Source: Sphaeroforma arctica JP610 (taxonomy: Eukaryota). From it: a stretch of 39,467 nucleotides of DNA. The notes below the pieces were generated by a model, which saw only the letters and a list, made by a program, of their open reading frames with translations, was not told where the DNA came from and did no database searches. Positions 11,690 through 23,299 of this stretch are shown in pieces. Every line of letters begins with the position of its first letter. Within the stretch, counting starts at the first letter, position 1. The stretch lies in assembly GCF_001186125.1 (NCBI RefSeq), contig NW_014040013.1, positions 22,089 through 61,555 on the forward strand. Reading direction: 5' to 3'. The position numbers and the translations under genes were made by a program.

Positions 11690-12114
11690 TGTAATAGCCA
11701 CAAGGGTATAGTTCGGTACTATACTAAGGTACCGAACTACAGAGGTCTACCACTTGGGAGGATGGACAAGGAGCTGTCATGGCGATTAGTAAACTAATAT
11801 AACCCTATTGATGGAGCTGATATGACAGGATAGAGGTGCTTGTGGACGCCAGGGCTTAGCTATGCTGTACAGAGGATTGGATAACTGTTGTAGAGGACAG
11901 AGGAGTTACCTATTATGGAAGGTGTCGTGAACAATGGTACCAGCATAGTGAGGATGAAGGAAGAAGTAGCATGGCCTGGGCTCTAGTATTTCTGTGGTTG
12001 ACGGAGAAAATATACTTATAGGTTGTACAGTAGGGATATCCGAGCATTTGTGCTGGAAGAGCTCGGAGGAATGTCTAATAAACTGCTTGAAACCCTACTG
12101 TGTTGATAACTATA
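11690..12114 (+). repeat. 5' LTR (about 425 bp)
   Basis: TG start after the TSD; 3' 87 nt shared with the element's far end (terminal CA reads TA here). Confidence 0.75.
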
Positions 12115-12848
12115 ATTAGACATACTGTGCTTGACCAGCAGGTAACTACGATATATTTAGGATAGACAGTGCTGATAGACCGGCTTATTTAATTTTGGGC
12201 CGATGTGTCAAATCAAAATTTTGATTATGGGTGAATTTTTTAACAACTCCACGTCTAACAAAATTCTAATAGTATTATTGAAGGTGTACGTTCATGTAAG
12301 CGTCTCGACGATGACGACCGGACGTTCCTGTTGCCTTGGTTTAGGGCGTGGGATGAATGCAAGACGACCAAGGCGTATTCTCTCTTGCTCAAATCCAAAG
12401 AGCAAACTAGCGCTTGCTGCGACCAATGTGTGGTCTTGATGATACGTCTGGTTAGCCCATCAGTGGAGTATAAATTGTGATCTCGGATTAACAATAAGCC
12501 TGGAGCAGAACATTATGCGCACATTTGGACCCTGTGCCAACCTGTTTAACCAAGGTAGGAGTGTGGCCGTTCAAGCCTGGGCTGCAGAACTAAAAGATGA
12601 CACATATGCTCTGCACAAAGAGCGTCAGCGGCTTGCTCAGGAGCTAGCTGAGATCGGCATAAATCGATCGTGCTACAGGAGTCGTTGGACATCATAGAAA
12701 GTGAAGAGGGTATTAAGGACAACTCTAATTATCAATATGAGCGTTCAGACAGTGGTATTTCTTCTCGACAGCACTCTTCTGGTGAGTGATCAACAGATGG
12801 TACCGGTGATCACCAGGCGACGACGACGGTGCTGTTGATGACGATGCT

Positions 12849-13630
12849 ATGGATGCTGGACTCAGCGAGGCAGCCAAGAAGCGCATTGCGGCATTGAAGG
12901 CGGCTATTAAAAAGGCTGAAGACAATGGCAATGTGAATACTCACCGAATTGGGCGAGAGTACGGTTTAGATCAACCGTGCGAACTTCCGTCTGATGAGGA
13001 GATCCGCGATAACATAGAGAAGAACCGGCATGTGCTTGGTTTCACTCCGCACAAGTGGCTAGCTCGACTTTTAAGTGAGCCAAGGATGGATCAACCGATC
13101 TACATCGATATCCGGTTTTCAAGTGAGCGACTCGCTCGTAGAATTCAAGAGCTCGATCAGTTGGTCCTGTTCTTGTTTTCTATTTGCCTGGAGGGCAATA
13201 CACGAGCGTTCTTTATTACTATATTTACATCGATTGGCGGTTACGCAGCATTAGCCTCGGTGATTGCGATGCGCTATGAAGGACGCGACAAAAAGCCCAG
13301 AACATATATGGATAGAGAGCGTGGACGAGAACATAAAGACCGCGACAAGGATTCTAAGGACTCGTCTTTGCAATCGTATTCTCAGAGATCTGGGGAAGTA
13401 CTGAACGGGATTGCAATAGTCGGAGGCGGTCCATATAGCGGGATGACAGGTCTCGTTCTCGTGGACACAGGGCTTCTCGTTCGCCTGGGAAGAGGAAAAG
13501 TGTCCCTCCATACATCAAGTGTCATCTATGTGGTGGCCCACATTTTCGGGCGGATTGTCCTCAAAATATCAAGAACACGCCCGTGGCAGCAGATCTTAGT
13601 CCTGATGCCAGCGCTTCAAGCGCGAATTGA
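12849..13630 (+). pseudogene. gag-like ORF with frameshifted zinc knuckle
   Basis: 261-aa ORF; a shifted frame reads KSVPPYIKCHLCGGPHFRADCPQN (CX2CX3HX4C, 13520-13558). Confidence 0.75.
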
Positions 13631-13639
13631 CTAGCCGGT

Positions 13640-13960
13640 GCAGAACCCACTGTAACTGTACAGATTGGGGGGACGCAAGTACAGCTTTTCTTTGACCTCG
13701 GTTCGTTCCCGTCCATGCTTCCCCGTTCCGTTGTGGATGCCGAAGGTCTTCAACGGATCCCCATTCCTAGGGAGGTTCTCGAGGCCTACAATGGCTCTTT
13801 GAACTTGTCCCCTGAGTTTGGTGTCGAGGCATCAGTTTCTATTTCCGTTTATAATATTCATACTCAGCAGATGAGTCCGTTTGTCTCGGACAAGATCATA
13901 TTTCATGTCGTAGCGAAGGTTCCGTTGGAGAATAATTCTATCCTAAGTTTCTTCGCTCAG
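13640..13960 (+). pseudogene. Retropepsin-like aspartic protease
   Basis: PTVTVQIGGTQVQLFFDLGSFPSMLPRSVV resembles the 'V.I.G..V..L.D(T/S)G...S' retropepsin motif; it is in frame after the knuckle past one stop. Confidence 0.65.
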
Positions 13961-14199
13961 CGCGATAGCTTGCTGGAGACGGTGTGGAATACAGCTGTTA
14001 TCCCACCCTCATTCTGTCTGACGGTGAAAACAAGACATCGGAGACTAACAACATTCAAATCCTTCCTTTTTAGGAGGAGGACACTCCTGTATCTATGTAT
14101 GATTTTTCTCACCTGGATAATCTGGCTGCTGGCATTGGGGTTCCGTCTTAAGAGCTGAGCCGGATGAAGGACATGTAGAATCGGAGTGCATATGACAAG

Positions 14200-15150
14200 A
14201 TGAAGCCTTATGTGATTTCCAAGGGCTCGGGGTTTTGTATTCCGACTCGAGCTGATGCGATTCCTGCCAGGAGTGCGTTTCGGAACCGGGACTCTACAAA
14301 GATTGCCATTGGACAGAGTAAGTGTGCGGCCGAGGTTGATCTAGGCATTCTCCAACGTTGTGAGGATGAAGATGGTTGGCTAGCTCCTATCATCCTAGCT
14401 GACAAGGGCAAGGGGTAGACACATCGGTCGGATGACAACTATCGGATGTGTCAAGCCTACCCCAGTGAAGAGGATCTGCGACGCCACATTTGTAACTCGT
14501 GGTGTAGCACTATCACTGACAACATTTATGGCTTTAATCAGTGTGCAATAGCTGAGGAGGATCTTCACAAGACGCGGTCCCTGCCAGGTGACGACCAGGT
14601 CTACAAAGGTATCGGTGCAGGGTTCGATCTCGCGGTGGTTCCAGCTCAGTATGCACAGAGGAACAAGATAACTTCGGGATGTCGAAGGTATCGTCTCCTT
14701 TGTGAAATATGGTGCTACGTGCACGCAGAAATTGGTCGATGAGGCGAGTTCGGAGCCAGTGACCTCTGCTGCAGGTGGAGTGCTACTGCAGCCTCGGGAC
14801 CAGTTGTCAGTATTAGCTACTGATGGTGCTCCGGGTCGAGCGCAGTTGGGTGTTGATCAGATGTCTTTGGTTGGAGTGCCGTATCGGCGTCGTCCGTTAC
14901 CGCGGTTAGTGGATGTTCTTACTCACGTTGGTACGTCGCCCGACACACAACGTATGTCACCGGCGGAGCTGGAAGCAGATAGAGTGCATTGGCGGTTGCT
15001 TTGACAGTTGTTCAATGCGGCAGCACGTACGGGGCCGAAGTCCAACGCTTTGAAGACGCACATCGCGGTGCCGAAGCGTATTCTGAAGTCGTTCAATAGT
15101 CGGCTGTAGTATGATGGATTTCTTACTAATGACGACGAGTGGATGCAAGG
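14200..15150 (+). pseudogene. Reverse transcriptase, Ty3/gypsy type, decayed
   Basis: LGILQRC...WLAPIILADK, YPSEEDL...TDNIYGFNQCAIAEEDLHKT...GFDLAVVPAQY, LRDVEGIVSFVKYG (YxDD position, aspartates lost), HWRLL.QLF...NALKTH, ILKSFNSRL.Y. Confidence 0.75.
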
Positions 15151-15326
15151 CATCGCTAGTATTAGTCTTCACGCCGACAAGGATTGGTGGTCATGCATCA
15201 TCCCCGGGTTGAGCGCGTCTTTGATGTCGTTGACCAATCAGACCCGTATAGAAGCCAGGTTTGACATCAATTTAGAGTCTTCTCACGAATTGGATATATC
15301 TGTATTCGCCAGAGTAGCATGAATAA

Positions 15327-16015
15327 CTGCACGCTTATCCGGACGCGTGTGATGTAGCCATTGGGGGTGCGGTCATGGTGCGCCGTGCGCCTAAAGTGGT
15401 TTTGCGGATGGAAGAGACGATTGCAGGATGGAAAACTGAGGTTGATCGCCAGCGGTTGGCTAGGAAGATGCCTACGGAAGCGTTGCGTGCTGGGGCGGTA
15501 GCCCAGGATACTTTGGTGACGTATTTGGAAGAGAAGGGTGATCCTTTAACTGAACCATTACTGCGGTGGAAGACTCAATCTACACGAGTGACAAAGGGCC
15601 GGGAGCTTTCTGTGGAGTTTATGGATAAACAGTTGGCTATAGCCCCAGCTGTTTGGGATAAAAGACATGGCATAGCTGTGTATGATATGAATTATCTCTT
15701 CTGCGTGGTATTTTATTCTTCTAAGCTGCCTCCTTCCATGGGTGACTGCCATGTGTTGGATTTGTAATTGTCGGCTACAGAGTTTGTACTTCATAAGATT
15801 GCTTTTATGGCGATGCGCTCCTGGTTGCCCCTGCAGATCCATAGTGATCACAAACCCTTGGAGACATTATTGAAAGGTAAACCGCTTCCTCCTAAAATGT
15901 CGAACATTAAAAAACGTCGGGCCTGGCGGGAATTGGAGATCATGAGTTGTGTTGATGCAGAGATTTCCTACATTCCGGGACCGTTCAACGGATTGGAAAA
16001 TTGTCCTTCACGTCT
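15327..16015 (+). pseudogene. RNase H, Ty3/gypsy type, with an insertion of about 100 aa
   Basis: LHAYPDACDVAIGGAVM ... VVFYSSKLPPS ... QIHSDHKPLETLL ... ISYIPGPFNGLENCPSRL. Confidence 0.85.
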
Positions 16016-16194
16016 GCATGCGACTGAGGTGGATCAAGTGTTGTGGCCTGTGGAGCGACGAGTGTCATCTGCCTGGCCGTTGGAGCTGCCGGATCCGAAG
16101 GATGCCTTGCTGATGCCTGCAGGTTGTGATGATAGTGATGATGAGGAGAACTTCGCGTTGCCAGTTGCAGAATATGTACCAGCCTCATCGGGGA

Positions 16195-16629
16195 AGCGTA
16201 CTCAACGCTTGCACCCAGCCTGGTTTCGACGGGCGATAGATAAATGGCCTGGGGTCATCATTGACCTGTTCGGTGACCGACGGAATGTACATCTACCCTA
16301 CTATGCTTCTAACGAGCCAGGTGGTGGTACGTGGGGATTGTGATGCATTTACTGCTCCCCTGGATGAGGTTTTCGGATGGGCTTGTCCGCCGTGGGTTTT
16401 GGTTCTTTGGTTCCTGAACTATATTCAATCCTTTGTAAAGGCTTCTGCGATTATGGTTGTTCCCGTGTGGTCTGGTGCTACGTGGTTTCCGTTGTATTGT
16501 CGGATGTTGGCGGATGTGCCTTTGGTAGTACCGCCATTTCAGGGCACGTATTTAGGTGATAATGGCAAGCTCTTGCCGAAACCGTCTTGATGTTCGCTGA
16601 TTGGATTGCTCAAGAGTGATCGGGGCTAA
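16195..16629 (+). pseudogene. Dam-like DNA N6-adenine methyltransferase domain (DIRS MT type)
   Basis: In frame with RNase H: QRLHPAWFRRAIDKWPGVIIDLFGDRRNVHLPYYAS /frameshift near 16335/ DAFTAPLDEVFGWACPPWVLVLWFLNYIQ...AIMVVPVWSGATWFPLYCRML. This matches the IDLFA..N / DAF / (N/F)PP(F/W) / P.W....W pattern. Confidence 0.82.
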
Positions 16630-17061
16630 CCCTTCCAACACCTACCTCGGCTCGTTTGGCGACGATTGGGGTTTGCGGGCGTCCCTATGGAGTGCAAAAA
16701 TTGTATGGTTCCGTTGTTCCGTGTGTCGTTCGGCCTGGGCTACCTACTGCTGAGGATGCTGAGGTTTCGCGGACGGATGCTGGTGATCAGGTAAGTGCGC
16801 TCCCTTCTTCCAAATTTTCTCATGAGAGTGACATTCGGTCACTTCCGTCGTTGGCTCTTCAGGAGGCAGACACGTCTAAGTGTCCGATCGGGACTACAGG
16901 AACCCTTGTCGATGCAAGAACTACTTAACCAGGAACAAGTTGCTTTATAGAAGGCGATAGTAGATCGTGATACCAGTTGGCAGGCGAGCCAGCTGGTCGA
17001 AGAGGATTCCTTGGCTGCCGAGGAGGTGGATCCGCCGTCGGAGGATCAGCTTTCGCAGTTG

Positions 17062-17148
17062 CAGTAGGGATGTCCGAGCATTTGTGCTGGAGGAGCTCGG
17101 AGGAATGTCTAATACGCTGTTTGAAACCCTACTGTGTTGATAACTACA
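17062..17148 (+). repeat. 3' LTR remnant (last 87 bp only)
   Basis: Matches 12028-12114 and ends in CA followed by CTCT. Confidence 0.85.
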
Positions 17149-17732
17149 CTCTTGAGATATACATATTGAACAAGAGGAACCATATGCTTCTCAATCACTC
17201 AAAGACTATGGAGTTGAGGCCACACCTGGTGGCAGGCTAAAATGTATTTAACGCCAAGTGGACTTGTACTACCCGCGTATTTAATTATTTCGCCTTTTAC
17301 CCAATAGCAATTCAGATACAAGTCGAAATTCAACAGGAGAATTGTAACATATAATATTTATTGTCGCAATCAATATTTTTTTAAAAGACATAAATACCAT
17401 TTCTATACTGAATATTTATTTTTAAAAGGCGACTGCCGAGTGCTGACTGGCTATAAAGGGTATAAATAGAAATACGTATGATACGCATGCGCATTACCAC
17501 AAACGTTGAGTACTCGTCCTAACACATGTCGGGTATCATACACTAGCAAGTTACTTGTGTCCTTTGGATGGCAAAGGCTTCCCATGCAGCACGCAAATAA
17601 TCACATGCCGTTATATCACCTAACACATACGAGTGGACGCTTCTAATATGGATAGTATTGACCAGCCTATATAAGCGTCGGCTATTAAAGAGCTGCACTC
17701 CGAAAAGGGTCACGAATTCGGGCCAGCGCACA

Positions 17733-20700
17733 ATGGGTGGCTCGAGCTCGAACGGACCCGAAGCCAAGATACCGGACCTTTCCACTAGCGTATCATCAGT
17801 AACGTCAAGAATCAGCGACATGCTCGATGTGAATGCACATGGTGAAGAGCCAAAGCGTGAGCATACTAACCCACTTGGCTATGTGTGCATTGAATGCGGC
17901 GCCCCTGTGAAGTCGATATATAGAGAGTATAGTCGAGGCAATATTAGATTAACCCGATGTGCCGCGTGCGGGAGAATTGCGGACAAGTACTGCGAGCTAG
18001 AGGCGCAGTTGATCATCACTGACATGTTGTTACATAAGCCTATGGTGTATCGTCACCTGTTGTATAATCGGTGAGTGTAGCCTGTTTAAGGAGTTCAGTG
18101 GAGGTATGGTTGCAAGGGATCATCACTGACATGTTACATAAGGCTATGGTGTATCGTCACCTGTTGTATAATCTGTGAGTGTATCCTGTTTAAGGACTTC
18201 AGTGGAGGTATGGTTGCGTTGGGATCATCACTGACATGTTGTTGATGGTTGCAATGGGATCATCACTGACATGTTGTTACATAAGCCTATGGTGTATCGT
18301 CACCTGTTGTATAATCTGTGAGTGTATCCTGTTTAAAGGACTTTAGTGGAGGTATGGTTGCAATGACAGGCTTCTGCGGGTAGCTTTGGCTCTACCACAT
18401 CCATGTTAAGACCCGAGTTCCCTGGGTCCCGTAAAGCCACTCAGCTGATCTGTGAGATATATATGTCTGTTAGAGACAAGTGTGCACAGGCCTATAGTAC
18501 ACCGGTCTTCGTAGTGTCACGGGTGAGTGAAGTGTACCTGAGGATGTCAGTGGAGTGTGTGCATACTACTGTGTAGGCTGCCTGTCGTAATCTTTCAACT
18601 ATAAGACAACCACAACCTGCACCACAGTGCGATGTCTCTATAAAAGGCCTCCACCGTATCTCGAAAGGGGCCACTCGTTCGCTTGTCATAGACACTGCTG
18701 CGTGTGTTGTCTTGTTGTATGGCGGAGGGATGCATGCACTGACCACTGTAGGTAAACCCCTGAAATACACACACGTAAGTGCAAAGTGTTGTTGTAAAGG
18801 GTACCTGACATCCTGACAGGGGCCTAAGGCAATGCTCCCTTAAGTGTAAGATGGGGTGTACATAGGAATTAAGCGGCTCGAATACGATTACAAATACGAC
18901 CTCACGAGCGAGCAAGATTATGTGATAGGCACGCAAGCACATCTGAAATAGTGTCTACATATACAAAGCGTTATCATATGGCGTATATCCATGTGCGTGT
19001 AGCAAGCATATGTTCGATATATATATATATATATATACATGGAAGTGTGATATATATTAGATTGCCATAGGACCCTCATATTAGTACATATCTATGGCTG
19101 TGTCGCTTCACCGGTAGTTTAAAGCGTGGATGCCTGTTTTGAGTTGATTAGCTAATACAGATTCCTCATTAGCTATTACATAACCGCTATCGTTAGGGAG
19201 AACACATGTGCAACTACATCTGCGTACAACCATTTGTTTTTGTTCAGACAAATAGCCGGGCCTTAGCCAAATGTTTCAAATAGGAGATAGTAAGCTCGTT
19301 GAGGCGACATAGCTCTACCTTACCATTACCTACTAGAACCTATATGAGATAAGCGCGAATGTTCCATTTGAACGTACTTCATCATTCCCAATTGACGTTT
19401 CAAACGTATATACACCTTCTAAAGTACCTTTTGGTTTCAAACGTATATGCACCTTCTAAAGTACCTTTTGGTCTTAAACGTATATACACTTTCTAAAGTA
19501 CCTTTTGGTTCCAAACATATATGCACCTTCTAAAGTACCTTTTGGTTTCAAACGTATATGCACCTTCTAAGGACCTTTTGGGGGCTATGGTTATTGGTAT
19601 TATCCCTGCAAATGGATGCTCCTCTCCTCTCAGCTGTGTACTTTGGGATTGCTGCTAGCGTTCTGCGTTCATACTACTTGTTGTTCCAATCAATGGTCTG
19701 GGGCTGTCAGATGTCCTGAGATGGCTATTCGACCATCGCTGTAAAGGTTTTTGCTGAGTGTTCGCGAATTTGGCGCCACAAGATAAAGCTTACCATTGAG
19801 TGATATATACACTCCGTTGAACAGGGTGGCTCTGATTCACATCCGCAGTAGGTTGTAGCGTGATCCATGCCATTATACACACATGTGTATGATAGGGTGA
19901 TCCAAGCCATTATACACACATGTGTATGATAGGTTGATCCATGTTATTATACACACATGTGTATGATAGGGTGATCCATACCATTATACATACATGTGTA
20001 TGATAGGGTGATCCATGCTATTATACACACATGTGTATGTGGTACATTCATCTCTATTGAGTGAAGGAGTGCTACCACAAAGCATTCTCTATTGTACAAG
20101 TCTCTTCAGATCCTGCAAAGCCTTATTTGGTTCAACTATTCCCAATCCGTTACAGCCATTTCTTACCCCAACGCATTCGCTACGTCTGTGAGGCTGCATT
20201 GAATCCTCATTCCGTTTCTTTCGCGCAACACAGTTACGGCAAGGAAGCCGACAAGTGGATGTGGAAGCTCATGCTGCTGATCTTGTTATGCGATGCCTAT
20301 TTGCGTTGTAACGTGGTGTTCGGGCAGGAAGTACAGAGCGACATACACCCAGCCGTACTAGCGTTGCTTTTCTTTCTGGTCAGTTGAATGTTTGAGTGTT
20401 GTTGTTTGGTTCTTTCTTGTGAGTTGATTGTTTGAGTGTTGTTGTTTGGTTCTTTCTGGTCAGTTGATTGTTGGAGTGTTGTTGTTTGGTTCCTTCTGAC
20501 GAGTTGATTGTTTGAGTGTTGTTGTTTGTTCTTTCTGGTGAGTTGATTGTTTGAGTGTTGTTGTTTGGTTCTTTCTGGCCAGTTGATTGTTTGAGTGTTG
20601 TTGTTTGGTTCCTACTGATGAGTTGATTGTTTGAGTGTTGTTGATTGGTTCTTTTCTGGTCAGTTGATTGTTTGAGTTTGGTTGTTCGGTTCTTTCTGGG

Positions 20701-21525
20701 AAGTTGATTAATTGAGTGTGGTTGTTTAGTTCTTCCTTGTACAGAGTGACGTACAAAGATATTCAGCCGTAATGGCGTTGCTGTTGTTTCTGTTCGGTTT
20801 GTTGTTTGCGTTTGGTTTTTGGGCTCTTACTAGTGAGTCTGTTACTAATCTGAGATTGGGGTGTTCTGGTGAGTGGTCTATGTATAGCCGTTCATAGTGA
20901 GATCGCCCCACAATTGATTTGCGATACCACATCGTTTACAAGTTTATCGTGTATATTGGCAGCCTCTGCCGGGCAGACATGAAGTTTTCTATACACAAAT
21001 TGCTTCCCCTGACGCGTATGTATCAAACATGTGCTAGTGGACCAACATACGTACGTTTTTCACTTGCGGGTGGATTTCTTAGGGGCGAATCACACACTTG
21101 TTCGATTCGCCGATACACATCCTATATAACTTCAGTATGTGGTGCCTTGTACAACAATCGAGGCAGGTATGAGTGGGCAAATTAGCAGTAATCCTGAGCA
21201 ATGCTCGGCTCACCATACGCGAGTAGCTGACCGGGTTTGCTCAAGTAATATCACATGGCTGTGTACATCCACGCGCTGTCTCTGGCCACCACATCTGATG
21301 AATATAGTATAGTCCGCTGGTTACGTACCAGAACTAACCTCGCACGCATATGTTATAATCCCATCTCATCTCGCAATAGAGGTGAGAGTGAGAGTATGTT
21401 CTCCCCGACCGCAACCCGTGCATTTGGCCGCACCTGTTGTGGTCTGTTTATAAGCACGCACACACGAAATCACACACACACACGGACACACACACACACA
21501 CATACACACACACACATATATATAA

Positions 21526-21593
<68 letters not shown>

Positions 21594-23215
21594 GTATATA
21601 GTATATATATATATATATNNNNNNNNNNNNNNNNNNNNNNNNNNNNNNNNNNNNNNNNNNNNNNNNNNNNNNNNNNNNNNNNNNNNNNNNNNNNNNNNNN
21701 NNNNNNNNNNNNNNNNNNNNNNNNNNNNNNNNNTAGTATATATATAGATATATATATATATATATATATACTAACACATACACACACACACATACACACT
21801 AACAAACATGTGCACTGACATTTCTAATCTACGTCATACGTATGCTATCAGGCGCTGGGTGTGTCCACAGTCGCCTTCGCCACGTACAGCTTCGCTCTGA
21901 TTCTGTTGAATGTTGGTCGCTGCTCCAACTGGATGATCGTTTCCGCATTGGCCCTGTCGAGCTTTCCTAAGCTATTGATCACATTGCAGTGGGTTTGGAT
22001 ATACAAGGTGTGTGTTGCACATGGCAAAGCGTATGGTTTTATGAATGTTCTAAATTAACGCGTGTGAATGTACCTTCGCATCCGGACAGTGGGGTGTAAT
22101 GGAGGGTTATTTGTATTACGCGTATCGTTTTATTAATGTGCTTAACGTGTGTGAATGTACCTTCGCATTTGTACACTGGGGTGTAATGGAGGGCTATTTA
22201 TATTACGCGAATGGTTTTATTAATGTTGATTAACGTGTGTGAATGTACCTTCGCATCCGTACAGTGGGGTGTAATGGAGGGCTATTTATATTACGCGTAT
22301 GGTTTTATTAATGTTCTTAATTAACGTGTGCGAATGTACCTTCGCATCCATACAGTGGGGTGTAATGGAGGGCTATTTATATTACGCGTATGATTTTAAT
22401 AATGTTCTTAATTAAAGTGTGTGAATGTACCTTCGCATCCGTACAGAGTTGTTCTCCTCCGTTTCACATTCGTAAACCTCACTTCAATTGGCCATTAGCA
22501 GTACAGCATTTGCATCACATCTATTGAGACATACACCGCACCCTGTACGTATCCCTGCACCAACGATCTAAAGCTACCACCCAGCGTTACAACGCACGCG
22601 CACATGCCGTAGTCACCTTCTTTGTACGCCAAATAATGACTCATCGTAGCCAGCACGTACTCGTGGTAGGCAAATAACAAGCGTGTGACTTGCAAGCACT
22701 CTGTCCTCTGAAGGTCGGGCGGGGCCGCATGTGATGCCCAAACTCTCGACTCAAGAAAGAATAAGTGGGCCATTTTTGCCCTGGCCCCAGACCTCCTGGG
22801 CAGGTGTAGGTGGGCCTTTTTTTGTCCTGTTTTCGGACTGCCAGGGCAATTTTTGAGGGCTGGGAACGATACACGATGACTACATTCCAGCCCAAGCGCA
22901 TACAGTGTTGGGCCACGGACATGTACGCTCACCGGCATCAGCCGTCCAAAACCCTAAACCTGTGGGACCCCGCCTAGAACTCATGTGCCGTCTATTGCGC
23001 TTGCTGCATCCCTTGATCCATAACAGGGCGTCTACTTCACTTGGGTCATCTTCGCACTGACCATCACATCAAACGTCGAGGCCATCCGCGTGGTGCGTCA
23101 GTGTACATACCCGAGTGCGTTGGCACAGGTTGCGTGTGGCTTGTGCTGCTCGCTGAGTGTTATGTACATGCTCTACCAAGCAACAGGCTACCGGATTTGG
23201 TTTGTTGTCGTCTGA
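17733..23215 (+). CDS. ARV1: Protein ARV1 (ER membrane lipid/GPI homeostasis), 4 exons, 275 aa
   Basis: Exons 17733-18070, 20234-20378, 21852-22007, 23027-23215 join in frame (828 nt). They give the Arv1 homology domain CIECG...IRLTRC..C..IADKYCE...DMLLHKPMVYRHLLYN, then KLMLLILLCDAYLR, ALALSSFPKLL...W and TSNVEAIRV. Confidence 0.93.
18118..18365 (+). repeat. Tandem copies of the ARV1 exon 1 end + donor site inside intron 1
   Basis: GATCATCACTGACATGTT...GGTGTATCGTCACCTGTTGTATAATC.GTGAGTGTA repeats twice plus one partial copy. Confidence 0.92.
19398..19582. repeat. 37-bp minisatellite, about 5 copies
   Basis: CAAACGTATATGCACCTTCTAAAGTACCTTTTGGTTT. Confidence 0.92.
19860..20040. repeat. 37-bp minisatellite, about 5 copies
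   Basis: TGATCCATGCCATTATACACACATGTGTATGATAGGG. Confidence 0.92.
20372..20732. repeat. 40-bp minisatellite starting at the ARV1 exon 2 donor, about 9 copies
   Basis: TTTCTG|GTCAGTTGATTGTTTGAGTGTTGTTGTTTGGTTC. Confidence 0.92.
21471..21800. repeat. (CA)n/(AT)n microsatellite with assembly gap
   Basis: Directly visible; Ns at 21619-21733. Confidence 0.95.
22030..22446. repeat. Intronic tandem repeat, about 88-bp unit, 4-5 copies
   Basis: TTAACGTGTGTGAATGTACCTTCGCATCCGTACAGTGGGGTGTAATGGAGGGCTATTTATATTACGCG recurs. Confidence 0.92.
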
Positions 23216-23299
23216 GACAGAGTTGCAGATACACTCGAACTAATTACACGGTTACGATTGATTACCTCGGCATGGATGTAGCTATCACAGCAGAATCAA

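Larger units (their letters stand above)
11690..17148 (+). mobile_element. Decayed Ty3/gypsy-type LTR retrotransposon: gag-PR-RT-RNase H-Dam-like methyltransferase; integrase not found
   Basis: Starts TGTAATAG (11690) and ends AACTACA (17148), flanked by CTCT at 11686-11689 and 17149-17152. 12028-12114 matches 17062-17148 with 6 mismatches in 87 nt. Internal domains are listed separately. Confidence 0.85.

Noticed and set aside
12750..12765. TGGTAT as a tRNA-Met primer-binding site
   Set aside because: More than 600 bp from the LTR end and the match stops after 6 nt.
17489..17620. Tiny minus-strand exons (GDITACDYLRAAWEAFAIQRTQ / DEYSTFV) as the 5' part of the 3531-4118 gene
   Set aside because: Splice signals are plausible but there is no start codon or homology, and a 36-nt intron would be needed.
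21227..21330. Extra ARV1 exon
   Set aside because: Out of phase; exons 2 and 3 join cleanly without it and give a normal ARV1 length.
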